A DNA stretch of 64,000 nt, taken from the NCBI GenBank assembly GCA_003599055.1, contig QZIM01000002.1, positions 70,097 to 134,096 on the forward strand, written 5' to 3'. A program made the translations under genes and the position numbers. This document shows positions 1 to 9,002 of this stretch, in pieces (the first letter of the stretch is position 1; each line of letters starts with the position of its first letter). Origin of the DNA: Candidatus Woesearchaeota archaeon (lineage in GTDB: Archaea > Nanobdellota > Nanobdellia > Woesearchaeales > ARS49). Under the pieces are notes generated by a model that saw only the letters and a list, made by a program, of their open reading frames with translations, ran no database searches and was not told the DNA's origin.

Positions 1-2
1 CG

Positions 3-764
3 ATGGCTGCGCGATTGCCGGACAAGTCAATTAAGGTCGTGCGGAAAAAGCACGTGGGTCTTGCGCAGCGTTACCGCATTTTAGGTCTTCCGTTGATGCG
101 CGGCGTGATTTCGCTTTTTGAGATGATGGTGATTGGTGTTCGCGCGCTTACGTGGAGCGCGAACCAGCAGGGTGAAGAGGAAGAGCTTGGGCCAATTGAA
201 TGGGTGATTACGTTTGGCCTTGCGCTTGCGCTGACAATTGGCCTTTTTGTCCTTCTGCCGTATTATGGTGCAAAATGGTCATTTGGCGAGGAGTCGCTTT
301 GGTTTGGTTTTGCCGAAGGCATCATTCGCCTTCTTATTTTTCTCTTGTACCTCGTGCTTATCGGCCGTATGGCGGATGTGAGGCGGATGTTTGAGTATCA
401 CGGCGCGGAGCATATGGCGGTGCACTGCTATGAGCACAAGCTTCCTTTGACGGTAAAGAACGTGGCAAAGTTTCCGCCGGAGCATCCAAGGTGTGGGACG
501 AACCTCTTGTTTTTGGTCATCGTGGTGAGCATTCTTTTGTTCTCGCTGGTGAAGGTTGACGGCTGGCATTGGAATATTGTTGCAAGAATCCTCTTGATTC
601 CGGTTGTTGCGGGGATTGCGTACGAGATTCTTAAGCTGAGCGCAAGGGTCAAATGGCTGTCTTGGATGGCAATGCCGGGCATTTGGGTGCAAAAGCTCAC
701 GACAAGAAAGCCAAAGGCGGACCAAATTGAGGTCGCGATTGCCGCGGTGGAGAAGGCAAAGTGA
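3..764 (+). CDS. DUF1385 (YqhQ-like) membrane protein, 5'-truncated at window edge
   Basis: Long ORF with several predicted TM helices and a conserved YHGAEH motif typical of the DUF1385 family. The ORF runs to the window start, so the N-terminus is incomplete. Confidence 0.55.
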   Translation: MAARLPDKSIKVVRKKHVGLAQRYRILGLPLMRGVISLFEMMVIGVRALTWSANQQGEEEELGPIEWVITFGLALALTIGLFVLLPYYGAKWSFGEESLWFGFAEGIIRLLIFLLYLVLIGRMADVRRMFEYHGAEHMAVHCYEHKLPLTVKNVAKFPPEHPRCGTNLLFLVIVVSILLFSLVKVDGWHWNIVARILLIPVVAGIAYEILKLSARVKWLSWMAMPGIWVQKLTTRKPKADQIEVAIAAVEKAK

Positions 765-916
765 TAAAGAAAATCGTGAGCGGTGTTGCGGCGGTTGCGT
801 GTTTTGTCTGGCTCACTGCGGCGGCGGCCGGCTTCATCACGTGGGGCTCGTTTTGGATTGGGATGATTTTGTTTGCGGGCCTTGCGTATGTGGTATTGCC
901 GCAGGTCAAAGAATAA
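761..916 (+). CDS. small two-TM membrane protein (51 aa), GTG start overlapping upstream stop
   Basis: GTG at 761 overlaps the TGA of the DUF1385 gene (GTGA). The hydrophobic 51-aa product (VIKKIVSGVAAVACFVWLTAAAAGFITWGSFWIGMILFAGLAYVVLPQVKE) is too short for the ORF table. Confidence 0.3.
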   Translation: MIKKIVSGVAAVACFVWLTAAAAGFITWGSFWIGMILFAGLAYVVLPQVKE

Positions 917-1267
917 TCACTGCACAACTATTTTTCCTTTCATATTCGGGTGGGGGGTGCAGATATAGTCGTACGTTCCGGGGGTGTCAAAGGTGATTTC
1001 TTTGCTTTCTCCGCTGGCAAGGGGTCCGGTGTCAAAGGAGTCGCCGGTCGCGGTATGGGTGACGCGGTCGAGGTTTTTGAACCGTACGCTTTCGCCCGCC
1101 CGAATGGTTACAACAGGAGGATTGAACGCGAATCCTTCAATGGTGACTTCAGTGAGTTGTCCGGTTTGGACGGGTGTTGTTTCTCCGGGTGCGGGCGGGC
1201 TTGGGGGTAATTCTTCTGCGCAGGACGCCAAAAACAAGAGTGCAAGGAGTATCGCTGCTTTTTTCAT
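917..1267 (-). CDS. cupredoxin (plastocyanin/amicyanin-like blue copper) lipoprotein
   Basis: N-terminal signal with lipobox LASC followed by ELPPSPPAPGETT. The C-terminus carries the type-1 copper ligand pattern ...H...YICTPHPNMKG (His, Cys, His, Met). Confidence 0.75.
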   Translation of the reverse strand: MKKAAILLALLFLASCAEELPPSPPAPGETTPVQTGQLTEVTIEGFAFNPPVVTIRAGESVRFKNLDRVTHTATGDSFDTGPLASGESKEITFDTPGTYDYICTPHPNMKGKIVVQ

Positions 1268-1437
1268 TTTCCAATGGCGTGTTTTGCGGGTTTATATGTT
1301 TTTGCTCTCCTGATGACGGGTAACCGAACACTGGCGCCTGATAACTGAGAACCGATAACTGACAACCAACCACCAACTGCCAACCACAAACCGCCAGTTC
1401 CGCAGTCTTTTTATTGTGCGGTCATTTCCAACGCGGT

Positions 1438-2130
1438 ATGAACGTGTCATCGGTTTTGCAATTTGTCGGCCTTCTTGTTGTTATTGGGGCAGGGGTTTTG
1501 CTGGTGCAGTATGCAGAGGAGCAGGGAGTCTCTCCTATTGAGGTTCGTGATTTCGTTGCAGGTTTTGGGGTGTGGTCGGCAATAATTTTTCTTATGTTCA
1601 ACGCGCTTTGCGGCATTTTGTTTGTTCCCGGGCTGGTGACGCTTGCAATCGGCGCGGTTTTGTTTGGCGCAGGAGCGGGATTTATTCTCAACCTTTTCGG
1701 AACAATGCTTGCGGCAATTGCGGGTTTTGCGCTCGCCCGCCTGCTGGGGAAGCGTTTTGTGCAGGATTTGCTCGGACGGCGTTTTGAGCCTTTGCAAACG
1801 CGTATTGCGGGGAATGGGCGACGGGTGATGTTTTGGCTGCGGCTGGTTCCGGTTGTTCCGTTTTTCGGGTTGAATTATGTTGCGGGGGTGAGCAGGATTT
1901 CTTTTATGGACTATGTGGAGGGTTCTTTTCTTGGGATGATTCCGCCGGTTTTTATGTACACGTATTTGTTTGCGGCAATCGGGGAGTCAGTGTTAACGGA
2001 TGGTTTTTCACGTGCATTGCTCGCATCGCCGCACGTTGTTGTGCCGGTTGTTGTATTGGCGCTTTTGGTTGTTCTTCCGGTGGTGTTCAGAAAGAGGCTT
2101 GCGCGATTTGAGCAGAAGTTGGAGCGTTAA
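1438..2130 (+). CDS. DedA / SNARE-associated (TVP38/TMEM64) family membrane protein
   Basis: Polytopic membrane ORF with a characteristic DedA core (LRLVPVVPFFGLNYVAGVSRISFMDYVEGSFLGMIP). Start placed at the internal ATG (MNVSS). Confidence 0.65.
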   Translation: MNVSSVLQFVGLLVVIGAGVLLVQYAEEQGVSPIEVRDFVAGFGVWSAIIFLMFNALCGILFVPGLVTLAIGAVLFGAGAGFILNLFGTMLAAIAGFALARLLGKRFVQDLLGRRFEPLQTRIAGNGRRVMFWLRLVPVVPFFGLNYVAGVSRISFMDYVEGSFLGMIPPVFMYTYLFAAIGESVLTDGFSRALLASPHVVVPVVVLALLVVLPVVFRKRLARFEQKLER

Positions 2131-2534
2131 AGGCGTTCTCTGAGTTCTTGTTTGAGCGCGTAGGTGAATGCGCGAAGGTCCGGGCTGCTTGGGCGGGCGT
2201 ATGGCTGTTCTTTTTGTTCTGAGCGCGGGATGGTGTTGCTGATGGTAAAGTCGCTGATGGTCTCCCGTGCAAGGATTTTGGCAAGGCTGCGCGCTGCGTC
2301 GTGGTAGATGCGCGGGTGTCCTGATGCGTTCTGCGCGGTGATTCGGTAAAGGGTATTTCCGATGGAGTAAAGGACGCGAAGCTCTTTTCCGCCGTCAAGA
2401 ATTCGATCTCCGAGCGCAATGTCTGTTGTGCGGGAGGTTGGCGCAGCGTCAAGGAGCGCGTCAAGGTCATCGCCAACAGTTGGAAGCGCGCTTTGGGTGA
2501 GCGCTTGTGCAACTGCTCTTTCTTCGGGAGTCAT
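2127..2534 (-). CDS. hypothetical protein
   Basis: ORF overlaps the DedA stop by 4 nt (convergent). An AT-rich TATA-like element lies about 27 nt upstream of its ATG, suggesting a leaderless mRNA. No recognisable motif. Confidence 0.4.
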   Translation of the reverse strand: MTPEERAVAQALTQSALPTVGDDLDALLDAAPTSRTTDIALGDRILDGGKELRVLYSIGNTLYRITAQNASGHPRIYHDAARSLAKILARETISDFTISNTIPRSEQKEQPYARPSSPDLRAFTYALKQELRERL

Positions 2535-2554
2535 ACGGCACGCCCTCAGGCAGT

Positions 2555-2590
2555 GATTTATTAAGCTTTGGATTTTATATAAATTATATG
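2555..2590. promoter_or_regulatory. divergent AT-rich promoter region with TATA-like boxes
   Basis: ttaataaat on the minus strand sits about 27 nt upstream of the ATG at 2534, and ttttatataaattatat on the plus strand sits upstream of the 2632 gene. The only AT-rich stretch in a GC-rich neighbourhood. Confidence 0.4.
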
Positions 2591-2631
2591 ATATCGCTCA
2601 TAATAATTATTCACTCTCGAGTGGTTATTTT

Positions 2632-4092
2632 TTGGAAAACTTTATAAATTGCCGTTCCGGGCAGCGTCCTATGGAAGAGAGCAGGCTCGAGGCGCTTATC
2701 AGGAGCGCATTTGAGGAAGGTGCAAGGGTTCTTGAGGCACGGGATGTGCCGTATGAGCTGCCTGCAGTGCAGATTGCAAAAGGGCTCACGAACAAGAACA
2801 TAAAGGCGGATGTTGAATCGCTCGTTCGACTTGAGCAATTGATTGCGGGCGCAGTTCCGTCTTCTGCAACAGGTCCGTTTGCAGGGTTCGCGACCGCGGT
2901 TTTCGCAGGACAGGCAGCGTACAAATTTTGGGACGGCGCAGCGTGTGCGCCATATCACGTGTTTTTGCCGGCGGTTTCTGCCTGTTTTTACGCAGTGCCA
3001 AAGAGGTATCGTTTTGATGAGGTCTTCTTTGGGCTTCTCAGTGCGGGAATTATTCTCACTTCATTAGGCAATCACAACGAGCCTGCGCTGAAGTATGCGC
3101 TGCCGGCAACGTTGGGTCTTGCTGCGCTTTCGGCAATCACGCGTTACGTTAAGGGCGGTTATTCTTCTGAGAGCAGAGCTGCGGTAGGGCAGGCAATCGA
3201 ATCTGCAAAAATGCATTTGCGGGAGCTAAAGCGAGCATCCGCTGAGCAAAGGGATGGGTATGCGCAGACGCTGACCGTTCCTCCTGCAGGCGGGCAGGCC
3301 AAAGGAAGCGGGGAGTGTAATGGGTTGTATTTGGACAGGCGCCAGCGCAGGGCGCAATTCAAGCGGCAAAGTTCTGATGAGCAGCCCGTGGTGGACCATA
3401 TTCCAAAGCACGGGTTTAAAAAGCGAAATGAGGAATCTTCAGTTGATTCTGTTGTGAGTGACTGCAGTGATGTTGAGGAAATTGGAGAGGGTGTGCCTGA
3501 GTATGACCGCTACGTGATGCATTTGAATCGCAAGTATGGTGTTTCACTTGAAACCGCATCAGCGCTTGCGGAAGAATATGGCGTAAAACGGTTCAAGCGC
3601 AATATGCAAAGGCTCAAGCGTGAGTATGATACGCGTGAGATAAAAAGAAAACTGGCGCAAGACCCTTCGCTTCTTGGGAACGGCCCGAAGAAAGAACACG
3701 CGTCCCAAGAAGGAGAGGTGGCGGACCGTGAGCTTGAATTGTACTGGCGCCTGATGCGCGCGCAAAAAATGGACCCGGAAGTTGTGCACGCGGTTCTTGT
3801 GGTCGGCTTTGGCCTTGACGGTGCGGACCCGCGCATTGCTGAGCGCTACATCAACTATGATGATTTTATGAATCGCGTAAACCGGGTCATTCCTGCGAAA
3901 ATGTCTGATGCGCAGGCTTATTTCAGGTCTTTGGTTGCTGCGGGCGTTATTTCGGAAAAGAAGCGCGGTGAAGTGGTGCGGCTTGATGCGCGCTGGCACG
4001 AGCGTGCAGGAGGCATTGAGCGGGAGTATATCAGTTACGCGCTTGAGCGGCGGAATCGGAGCGGACGGCTGCCTCGTCCGAATTCAGTTTAG
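2632..4092 (+). CDS. hypothetical protein with hydrophobic N-terminal half and charged helical C-terminal half
   Basis: Long ORF with several hydrophobic segments in the N-terminal 180 aa and K/R/E-rich helical repeats in the C-terminal part. Alternative start at 2671 (MEESR). Confidence 0.5.
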   Translation: MENFINCRSGQRPMEESRLEALIRSAFEEGARVLEARDVPYELPAVQIAKGLTNKNIKADVESLVRLEQLIAGAVPSSATGPFAGFATAVFAGQAAYKFWDGAACAPYHVFLPAVSACFYAVPKRYRFDEVFFGLLSAGIILTSLGNHNEPALKYALPATLGLAALSAITRYVKGGYSSESRAAVGQAIESAKMHLRELKRASAEQRDGYAQTLTVPPAGGQAKGSGECNGLYLDRRQRRAQFKRQSSDEQPVVDHIPKHGFKKRNEESSVDSVVSDCSDVEEIGEGVPEYDRYVMHLNRKYGVSLETASALAEEYGVKRFKRNMQRLKREYDTREIKRKLAQDPSLLGNGPKKEHASQEGEVADRELELYWRLMRAQKMDPEVVHAVLVVGFGLDGADPRIAERYINYDDFMNRVNRVIPAKMSDAQAYFRSLVAAGVISEKKRGEVVRLDARWHERAGGIEREYISYALERRNRSGRLPRPNSV

Positions 4093-5023
4093 TTGCCTGC
4101 GGTAAAAATCCTCTGATTTCTTCAACGCTTTTCGCCCTGCTCAGTTTGTCCCGCATTTCGGCTCCGCCGCGTATTCCTTTGGTGAAGCTCATCGCGTGGG
4201 TTAAAATGAGGGGGTATTTCAGGTTATATTTCTCTGCAAGTTCCAGAAATTCGAAAAAGTGCGCGATGCGGTCTGTTTCAGGATATTTTCCGTTTTTCAG
4301 ATAATCGTTTATCTGCGTGAACAAGTACGGGTTTCCGATTGCTCCGCGTGCAACAAGTATTGCATCAACGCCGCTTTGGTCAAGCCGTTTTTTAAAATCT
4401 TCAGGGGTGAACACATCGCCGTTTCCGATGACGGGAATGTTGACTTTTTCTTTCACGGTGCGAATAATGTCCCAGTTCGCAATCCCTGAGTAGCCTTGTT
4501 TTTGTGTCCTGCCGTGAATTGCAATCGCGGCAGCTCCCGCATCTTCCGCAAGCCGCGCAATTTCAAGTGCATTAATGTTTTGCTCATCAATTCCGATTCG
4601 TATCTTCAAGGTTACCGGTTTTGAAACAGCGCTTGCAAGTTTGTTGATGAATGTGGCAATGCCTTCAGGTTTTTTGAGCATTTCCGAGCCGGCGCCGGTC
4701 TTGATGACTTTCCACGCAGGGCAGCCGCAGTTAACGTCAATGAGGTCAAAGTCGTTTTCAACCAGCCGTGCTGCAGAGACAACGTCATCAACTGAGCTTC
4801 CGAATAGCTGGACGGCAACAGGAGTTTCAATCGGGTCGGTTTTGAGCATATCGAGCGTGTGCAGGTTGCCGCGAACAATCGCGGTCCCGCTCAAAAATTC
4901 AGTGCAGGTAAGTCCTGCGCCGTATTTCTTGCACAAAGCGCGAAACGCAACGTCCGTGACGCCTGCCATTGGCGAAAGTATTGCGGGCGATGCGAGTTTT
5001 GGGAATGCTGCTTTGTGCTTCAT
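4031..5023 (-). CDS. dus: tRNA-dihydrouridine synthase
   Basis: TIM-barrel flavoenzyme signature: PMAGVTD near the N-terminus, catalytic Cys in DVNCGCP, a FMN-binding K..IRIG block, and GNGD. Length 330 aa is typical of Dus. Confidence 0.85.
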   Translation of the reverse strand: MKHKAAFPKLASPAILSPMAGVTDVAFRALCKKYGAGLTCTEFLSGTAIVRGNLHTLDMLKTDPIETPVAVQLFGSSVDDVVSAARLVENDFDLIDVNCGCPAWKVIKTGAGSEMLKKPEGIATFINKLASAVSKPVTLKIRIGIDEQNINALEIARLAEDAGAAAIAIHGRTQKQGYSGIANWDIIRTVKEKVNIPVIGNGDVFTPEDFKKRLDQSGVDAILVARGAIGNPYLFTQINDYLKNGKYPETDRIAHFFEFLELAEKYNLKYPLILTHAMSFTKGIRGGAEMRDKLSRAKSVEEIRGFLPQATKLNSDEAAVRSDSAAQARN

Positions 5024-5370
5024 TTTTTCGGGCAGAACGGGCAGTCTCCGAATGGCAATGTGATGTGTCCGTTTGGGCAGAAGGGTGATTCTGGCCTGAG
5101 TTTTTGGCGTTCAACGTCTTGTCCGCTTGCGAGTTTTGCAAGGATGCTCGCAAGCCGAAAAAAGTCACTCAGAGGAGTCACGCTTCCTTGCCCCGAATAA
5201 GTGTCAATCACTTGTTTTTGTCCTGCGGTGTAGCCGAATTCAAGGGCTGCCTGGGCAAGCTTGTATGCGTCAGGGGGAAGTTCAGGGTTGTTTCGCAAGA
5301 CCGTGTAAGGAAGAGCACGTTGCGTGTGGTAGGTTTCTTCAAGTTCGCGTTTTACCTGTTCAGGGTCCAT
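5020..5370 (-). CDS. hypothetical protein with C-terminal zinc ribbon
   Basis: ATGA overlap with dus indicates translational coupling. C-terminal CPNGH...CPFCP forms a four-Cys zinc-ribbon pattern. Confidence 0.5.
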   Translation of the reverse strand: MDPEQVKRELEETYHTQRALPYTVLRNNPELPPDAYKLAQAALEFGYTAGQKQVIDTYSGQGSVTPLSDFFRLASILAKLASGQDVERQKLRPESPFCPNGHITLPFGDCPFCPKK

Positions 5371-5460
5371 ATCGTGGATTTTCTTGCAGTCTGTTTATAA
5401 AGAGTTCGGAAGATTTCCGGCAACAGGCAGAAGCATTCCGTGTTCTTCCCGCAAACGCAT

Positions 5461-5632
5461 TTTAAGAGAAAAATGAAAGAAAAAGTGCCAGTCAAAAGCT
5501 GGCAAAGACGGCGGCGCTGGGCGATGCTGGTTCGCCCGCCAAGCTGAGAACTTGGTGTCAGAAATGACCACGGGGTTCAAAAGCTTTGCGGTTTGGGCCG
5601 GGAGCGTGAAACTCCCCGCGCCGTCGTTCTTT
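5461..5632 (+). ncRNA. conserved structured element, copy 1 (candidate small RNA, T-tract end)
   Basis: About 170 nt that are roughly 80% identical to 6160-6330. Both copies begin tttaagagaaaaa, share an identical 53-nt core (cggggttcaaaagctttgcggtttgggccgggagcgtgaaactccccgcgccg), have complementary 5' (acggcggcg) and 3' (cgccgccgt) ends, and finish in a T-run. The shared ORF peptide does not extend beyond the core. Confidence 0.45.
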
Positions 5633-6069
5633 TACTTGTACTTTTCCTGCAGTGCATTCAAAAAGTGCGCAAAGTCCGGCGCGAGCGGATATTCCTGTAA
5701 TCGCGCAATCTGCAAATATTCAAGTTTGCTGAACCGTTCAGGCTCCTGAATTGCGGGTGTCCCGCGCTCAAGTCGCATCAAAAACTTGTACGCGACTGCT
5801 TCTTTTCCGCTTGGTATTTTGAACGGCACTTTTGCAAAGAGTTTAGGCGAAGAAAATGCAACGTCTCCCAGTTCTTCTTTTCCCTCGCGCACGGCTGCGC
5901 GTGCAAAGTCATCAATTGTTGGCGATGACGCGTCCTCGCAATCAGTTTCCTCAACTCTTCCGCCGGGTGTTTCCCAATGCGCGTGTTCCGGCCGGTACAA
6001 GAGCAGAAGCTCTTTTCGCTCGTTCACGATAAGGCAGCTGGCGAGCAGGAGTTTGCCGTTGTGTATCAT
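5632..6069 (-). CDS. NUDIX hydrolase
   Basis: Nudix box GGRVEETDCEDASSPTIDDFARAAVREGKEELG (Gx5Ex7REUxEExGU-like). Confidence 0.8.
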   Translation of the reverse strand: MIHNGKLLLASCLIVNERKELLLLYRPEHAHWETPGGRVEETDCEDASSPTIDDFARAAVREGKEELGDVAFSSPKLFAKVPFKIPSGKEAVAYKFLMRLERGTPAIQEPERFSKLEYLQIARLQEYPLAPDFAHFLNALQEKYK

Positions 6070-6159
6070 ATTGTGAATTTTCTTCCGGTCGGTTTATTAA
6101 TATGCCTGAAAAATTTTCAACAAGGTCTGAAAACTCTCCTTATTTTTAATGCGAACTCA

Positions 6160-6330
6160 CTTTAAGAGAAAAAGAAGAAAGAAAGCCGCCGACGCACGTC
6201 GGCAACGGCGGCGTTGAGCAATCTGGTTGCTCGCCAAGCTGAAACCTTGGTTTCCGAAAGGATATCGGGGTTCAAAAGCTTTGCGGTTTGGGCCGGGAGC
6301 GTGAAACTCCCCGCGCCGCCGTTCTTTTTT
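6160..6330 (+). ncRNA. conserved structured element, copy 2
   Basis: Second copy of the element at 5461-5632. It lies between the NUDIX gene start and the stop of the nucleotidyltransferase gene and ends in ttcttttttt. Confidence 0.45.
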
Positions 6331-8244
6331 TCACATCAGCACTTCATATTCCTTCCCAAACCAGCGTTTCAAACTCTCAAAGAGCGGTTCGCGAAGGCGA
6401 ATGGGCAAAGGAACGAGTTTTGCGAGCGCGTGTTCAAATTCTTCGAGCGTGCAGGCAGAGCTGTTCCCAAGTGAGCCGTCTTGTTCTACCGGTGCTTTTT
6501 CCATTGGTCGGTTTTTGTCGTCAAGGTCAACGACAATGAATGCCGTGTTGCCAAGGATGGTGACTTCGCCGTGTTTGTTGCCGTGTTTTACGCGAAGTTT
6601 TGCGCGGTCGAGTTCTCGTGCGCGCTTGCGGTGCATGTGGTCAACTAAGAACTTGAGCAGTTCGCCGGTTTCTTTGCGTACTTTTTCAAGGTCGTTTTTG
6701 CCAAGTTTTCCCGCATCAAAGAGTCCTTTGCTTTTGACTAAGTCGTGCAGGGTTCGCAAATACTTTGCAGGCACTTTGCCGGTTGCGATGAGTTTCTCTT
6801 CAAAAACAATCGGAAGTTCTGCTTCGCGCGCGGCTTCTACGCCTTCAATTTTTAAGACGTCGCGAAGGACGGTTTGCAACGTGTCATACATTGTGACCAT
6901 GTTTTCGTCGTCTTTTTGTTTCTCAATCTGCGTGAACAGCCGTTTGAGTCGTTTCATATACTTCTCGCAGTCGGCCATCAGCTTGTCCACGTCTTTTCCG
7001 GTGAAGTCCGGGATTTTTCCGTGCTCCATGTCTTTGTAGATGCCGATGACTCTCTCCAGGATTTCGACGTATTCTTCTTCAAGCAGTCCTTCTTTTTTGA
7101 CAAAAATTTCCCGGACAACGCCTGCGGTTTCTTTTGGCGCGGGCGGGGGAACGCCGTACAGCATAAGGGCGGCTTGTGTCGGGCTGTGGATTCCCCAGTA
7201 GAAGTCTTCGGTGGCAATGGTTTTGAGTTTTGCCTTGATGCGGTCAAGCGTTTGCTCTCCGCCTGAGAGGAACATATCGATTGCTTCGGCGGATGGTTTA
7301 ATCTTGCCCATCTTGAGCAGTTGTTTCCAAGGCATAAAGATGCCGCGGTCATACAAGGGCACGCCGTCGCGAAGGAACGTGAAGCAAACAGGGTTTGATT
7401 CGCGCATCATATCCCAGAAGTCAGTCAGGATGTAGACTTGGATGGACAGTTTGTTGCGGATGCCGGTTATTTCGCCTGCTTCAAAGGTCATTTGCTGGAT
7501 GATGCCGCGCAGCTTGTCGCGCAGTTCCGCGCGCGTCATTTTCTTGACGTCAGTATCGTCAATAATGACAACAACGTCAATGTCTGATGTCGGCTTTGCC
7601 TGGCCTTTGACCATTGAGCCTGCCAAGACGTACGCGACAATGTATTTCTCAAATTTCTTAAGGACCATTGAGCGGTGGAGTTCCGCAATGCGAATCGCGC
7701 CGAGCATTCCGGTGTCGTAGACGGGTGCGCTCATGCCGATTAATTGCAACAGGTCGTATTTTGCGTCGTAGCAGTTCTGCCACAGTTCCGAGATGAGGAG
7801 TGTTTGCGGGACGATTGCCGGGTCGATTTCTTTGGCCGTTTGCGCCATTATTGCGGAGAGCTTGTCGCGCAGTTCGAACTTGCTCATTTTGGTCGGCTCG
7901 CTGTCGTCAATCAAAACAAGCGTGTGGTATTTGTCCTTGTCCTGCTCGAATCTTTTTTGTTCTTCGGCGAAAATGTCAGGAGGAAGGTTTGGTGAGGGTG
8001 GGCGCGGTGGGGGCAAAAGTGCCATTCCGACAATGTACTTGTCAAACTTTTCAAGGGTTAATTTTTGGAATTTTTCGAGCTTTTCCTTGATTGCCTTCAT
8101 TTTTTCGGCGACTTCAGGGGGAAGGTTGGGAGGTAATTGCATTCCTTTGGGCGCGTCTTTCGATTCGTCTTTCTTTTCTGTTTTCTTGTCGTACTTTTCA
8201 GTGGGCTGCTCGGTTTTTGTTTCCTTTGTTGTTTTCTTTACCAT
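6331..8244 (-). CDS. tandem nucleotidyltransferase-domain protein (Pol-beta superfamily), Lys/Glu-rich
   Basis: Two repeated modules begin KFDKYIVGMALL... and KFEKYIVAYVLAGSMVKGQAKPTSDIDVVVIIDD. The second keeps the GS-x10-DxD nucleotidyltransferase signature, while the first lacks GS and is probably inactive. The N-terminal 35 aa are low-complexity K/E/T-rich. Confidence 0.6.
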   Translation of the reverse strand: MVKKTTKETKTEQPTEKYDKKTEKKDESKDAPKGMQLPPNLPPEVAEKMKAIKEKLEKFQKLTLEKFDKYIVGMALLPPPRPPSPNLPPDIFAEEQKRFEQDKDKYHTLVLIDDSEPTKMSKFELRDKLSAIMAQTAKEIDPAIVPQTLLISELWQNCYDAKYDLLQLIGMSAPVYDTGMLGAIRIAELHRSMVLKKFEKYIVAYVLAGSMVKGQAKPTSDIDVVVIIDDTDVKKMTRAELRDKLRGIIQQMTFEAGEITGIRNKLSIQVYILTDFWDMMRESNPVCFTFLRDGVPLYDRGIFMPWKQLLKMGKIKPSAEAIDMFLSGGEQTLDRIKAKLKTIATEDFYWGIHSPTQAALMLYGVPPPAPKETAGVVREIFVKKEGLLEEEYVEILERVIGIYKDMEHGKIPDFTGKDVDKLMADCEKYMKRLKRLFTQIEKQKDDENMVTMYDTLQTVLRDVLKIEGVEAAREAELPIVFEEKLIATGKVPAKYLRTLHDLVKSKGLFDAGKLGKNDLEKVRKETGELLKFLVDHMHRKRARELDRAKLRVKHGNKHGEVTILGNTAFIVVDLDDKNRPMEKAPVEQDGSLGNSSACTLEEFEHALAKLVPLPIRLREPLFESLKRWFGKEYEVLM

Positions 8245-9002
8245 GAGGTTCCTCCGTGCGTGATGCTGGTCGCGCCGTTTGCGATTGTTTTGAATATGTC
8301 AAGTGCTGAGTTGCCTGTCCATCGAAGTGTGTTGACGAAGTCAAGTGCGACGTCGTGAAGCCCGTTGCGGGCAGGGTTGAGACGGATGTTTGGCGCAAGT
8401 CCTGCGATGTTTTCGTTTCGTATTGTTTCCATCCACGCAATGCTGAATGCGTGCGCTTTTGCCTCTTCGTCGCGCTTGTCGGGAAGCGTTGGGGACAGGA
8501 CGTGGCCGATTTCGTGCCCAAGAGTTAAGAGCATTGCATCCAGATGGTCTTGCTTGACAACAATAGTGCTCACTCCTTTGCCGAAGTTGTTGATGCTGTA
8601 GCCGACGACTTGTCCGCGCGCGGTGATAGGGTGTCTTTTTTCAAAATCGGCTGCGTTCTGGATGGTGATGGTGATGTGTTCGCGGGGAAATGGTTGTCCC
8701 GTGATTTTTTCAAATGCTTGTTCAAGAACGCTCTGGATTTCTCCAAGTTCGGTAACGATTGGTGTCCACGGTCGGTTGTCTTCAAGGTATGTGTCAACAA
8801 TGCTTTCGTGCGGTCCGCCGTATTGTGCGGGGGGGCGGGCTTGGTATTCGTTTCCCGAGTACGCGTGTTGCTCGCTTCGTGCGGGTGAGCTTCCATAAGC
8901 GCTTCCTGAGGAATAGCTGCTGCTGCTGCCGTATGCAGCGCGCGAATTATTTCCGCCATAGGACGTTCCGCCTCCGTAGCTTGAACCGCTGAAATAACTC
9001 AT
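8238..9002 (-). CDS. putative zinc metallopeptidase (HExxH) with Ser/Gly/Tyr-rich N-terminus
   Basis: HEIGH motif in LTLGHEIGHVLSP. The first 60 aa are a prion-like low-complexity tract (SYGGGTSYGGNNSRAAYGSSSSYSSGSAYGSS). ATGA-type overlaps with both neighbouring genes. Confidence 0.55.
   Translation of the reverse strand: MSYFSGSSYGGGTSYGGNNSRAAYGSSSSYSSGSAYGSSPARSEQHAYSGNEYQARPPAQYGGPHESIVDTYLEDNRPWTPIVTELGEIQSVLEQAFEKITGQPFPREHITITIQNAADFEKRHPITARGQVVGYSINNFGKGVSTIVVKQDHLDAMLLTLGHEIGHVLSPTLPDKRDEEAKAHAFSIAWMETIRNENIAGLAPNIRLNPARNGLHDVALDFVNTLRWTGNSALDIFKTIANGATSITHGGTSW

Noticed and set aside
2632-4092. Attempt to assign the 486-aa protein to a known family
   Set aside because: It is only hydrophobic-N / charged-helical-C, with no diagnostic motif. 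It is left as hypothetical.
5552-6474. ORFs 5552..5749 and 6214..6474 sharing the peptide GFKSFAVWAGSVKLPAP as a duplicated small protein gene
   Set aside because: Similarity is confined to the 53-nt identical core of the duplicated element, and the frames diverge on both sides. It is better explained as a non-coding repeat.
6331-8244. cGAS/DncV-like (CBASS) nucleotidyltransferase assignment
   Set aside because: Only the generic GS...DxD Pol-beta motif is visible, no specific CD-NTase features could be confirmed by eye, and no Cap/effector genes are adjacent. It is kept as an unclassified tandem nucleotidyltransferase.
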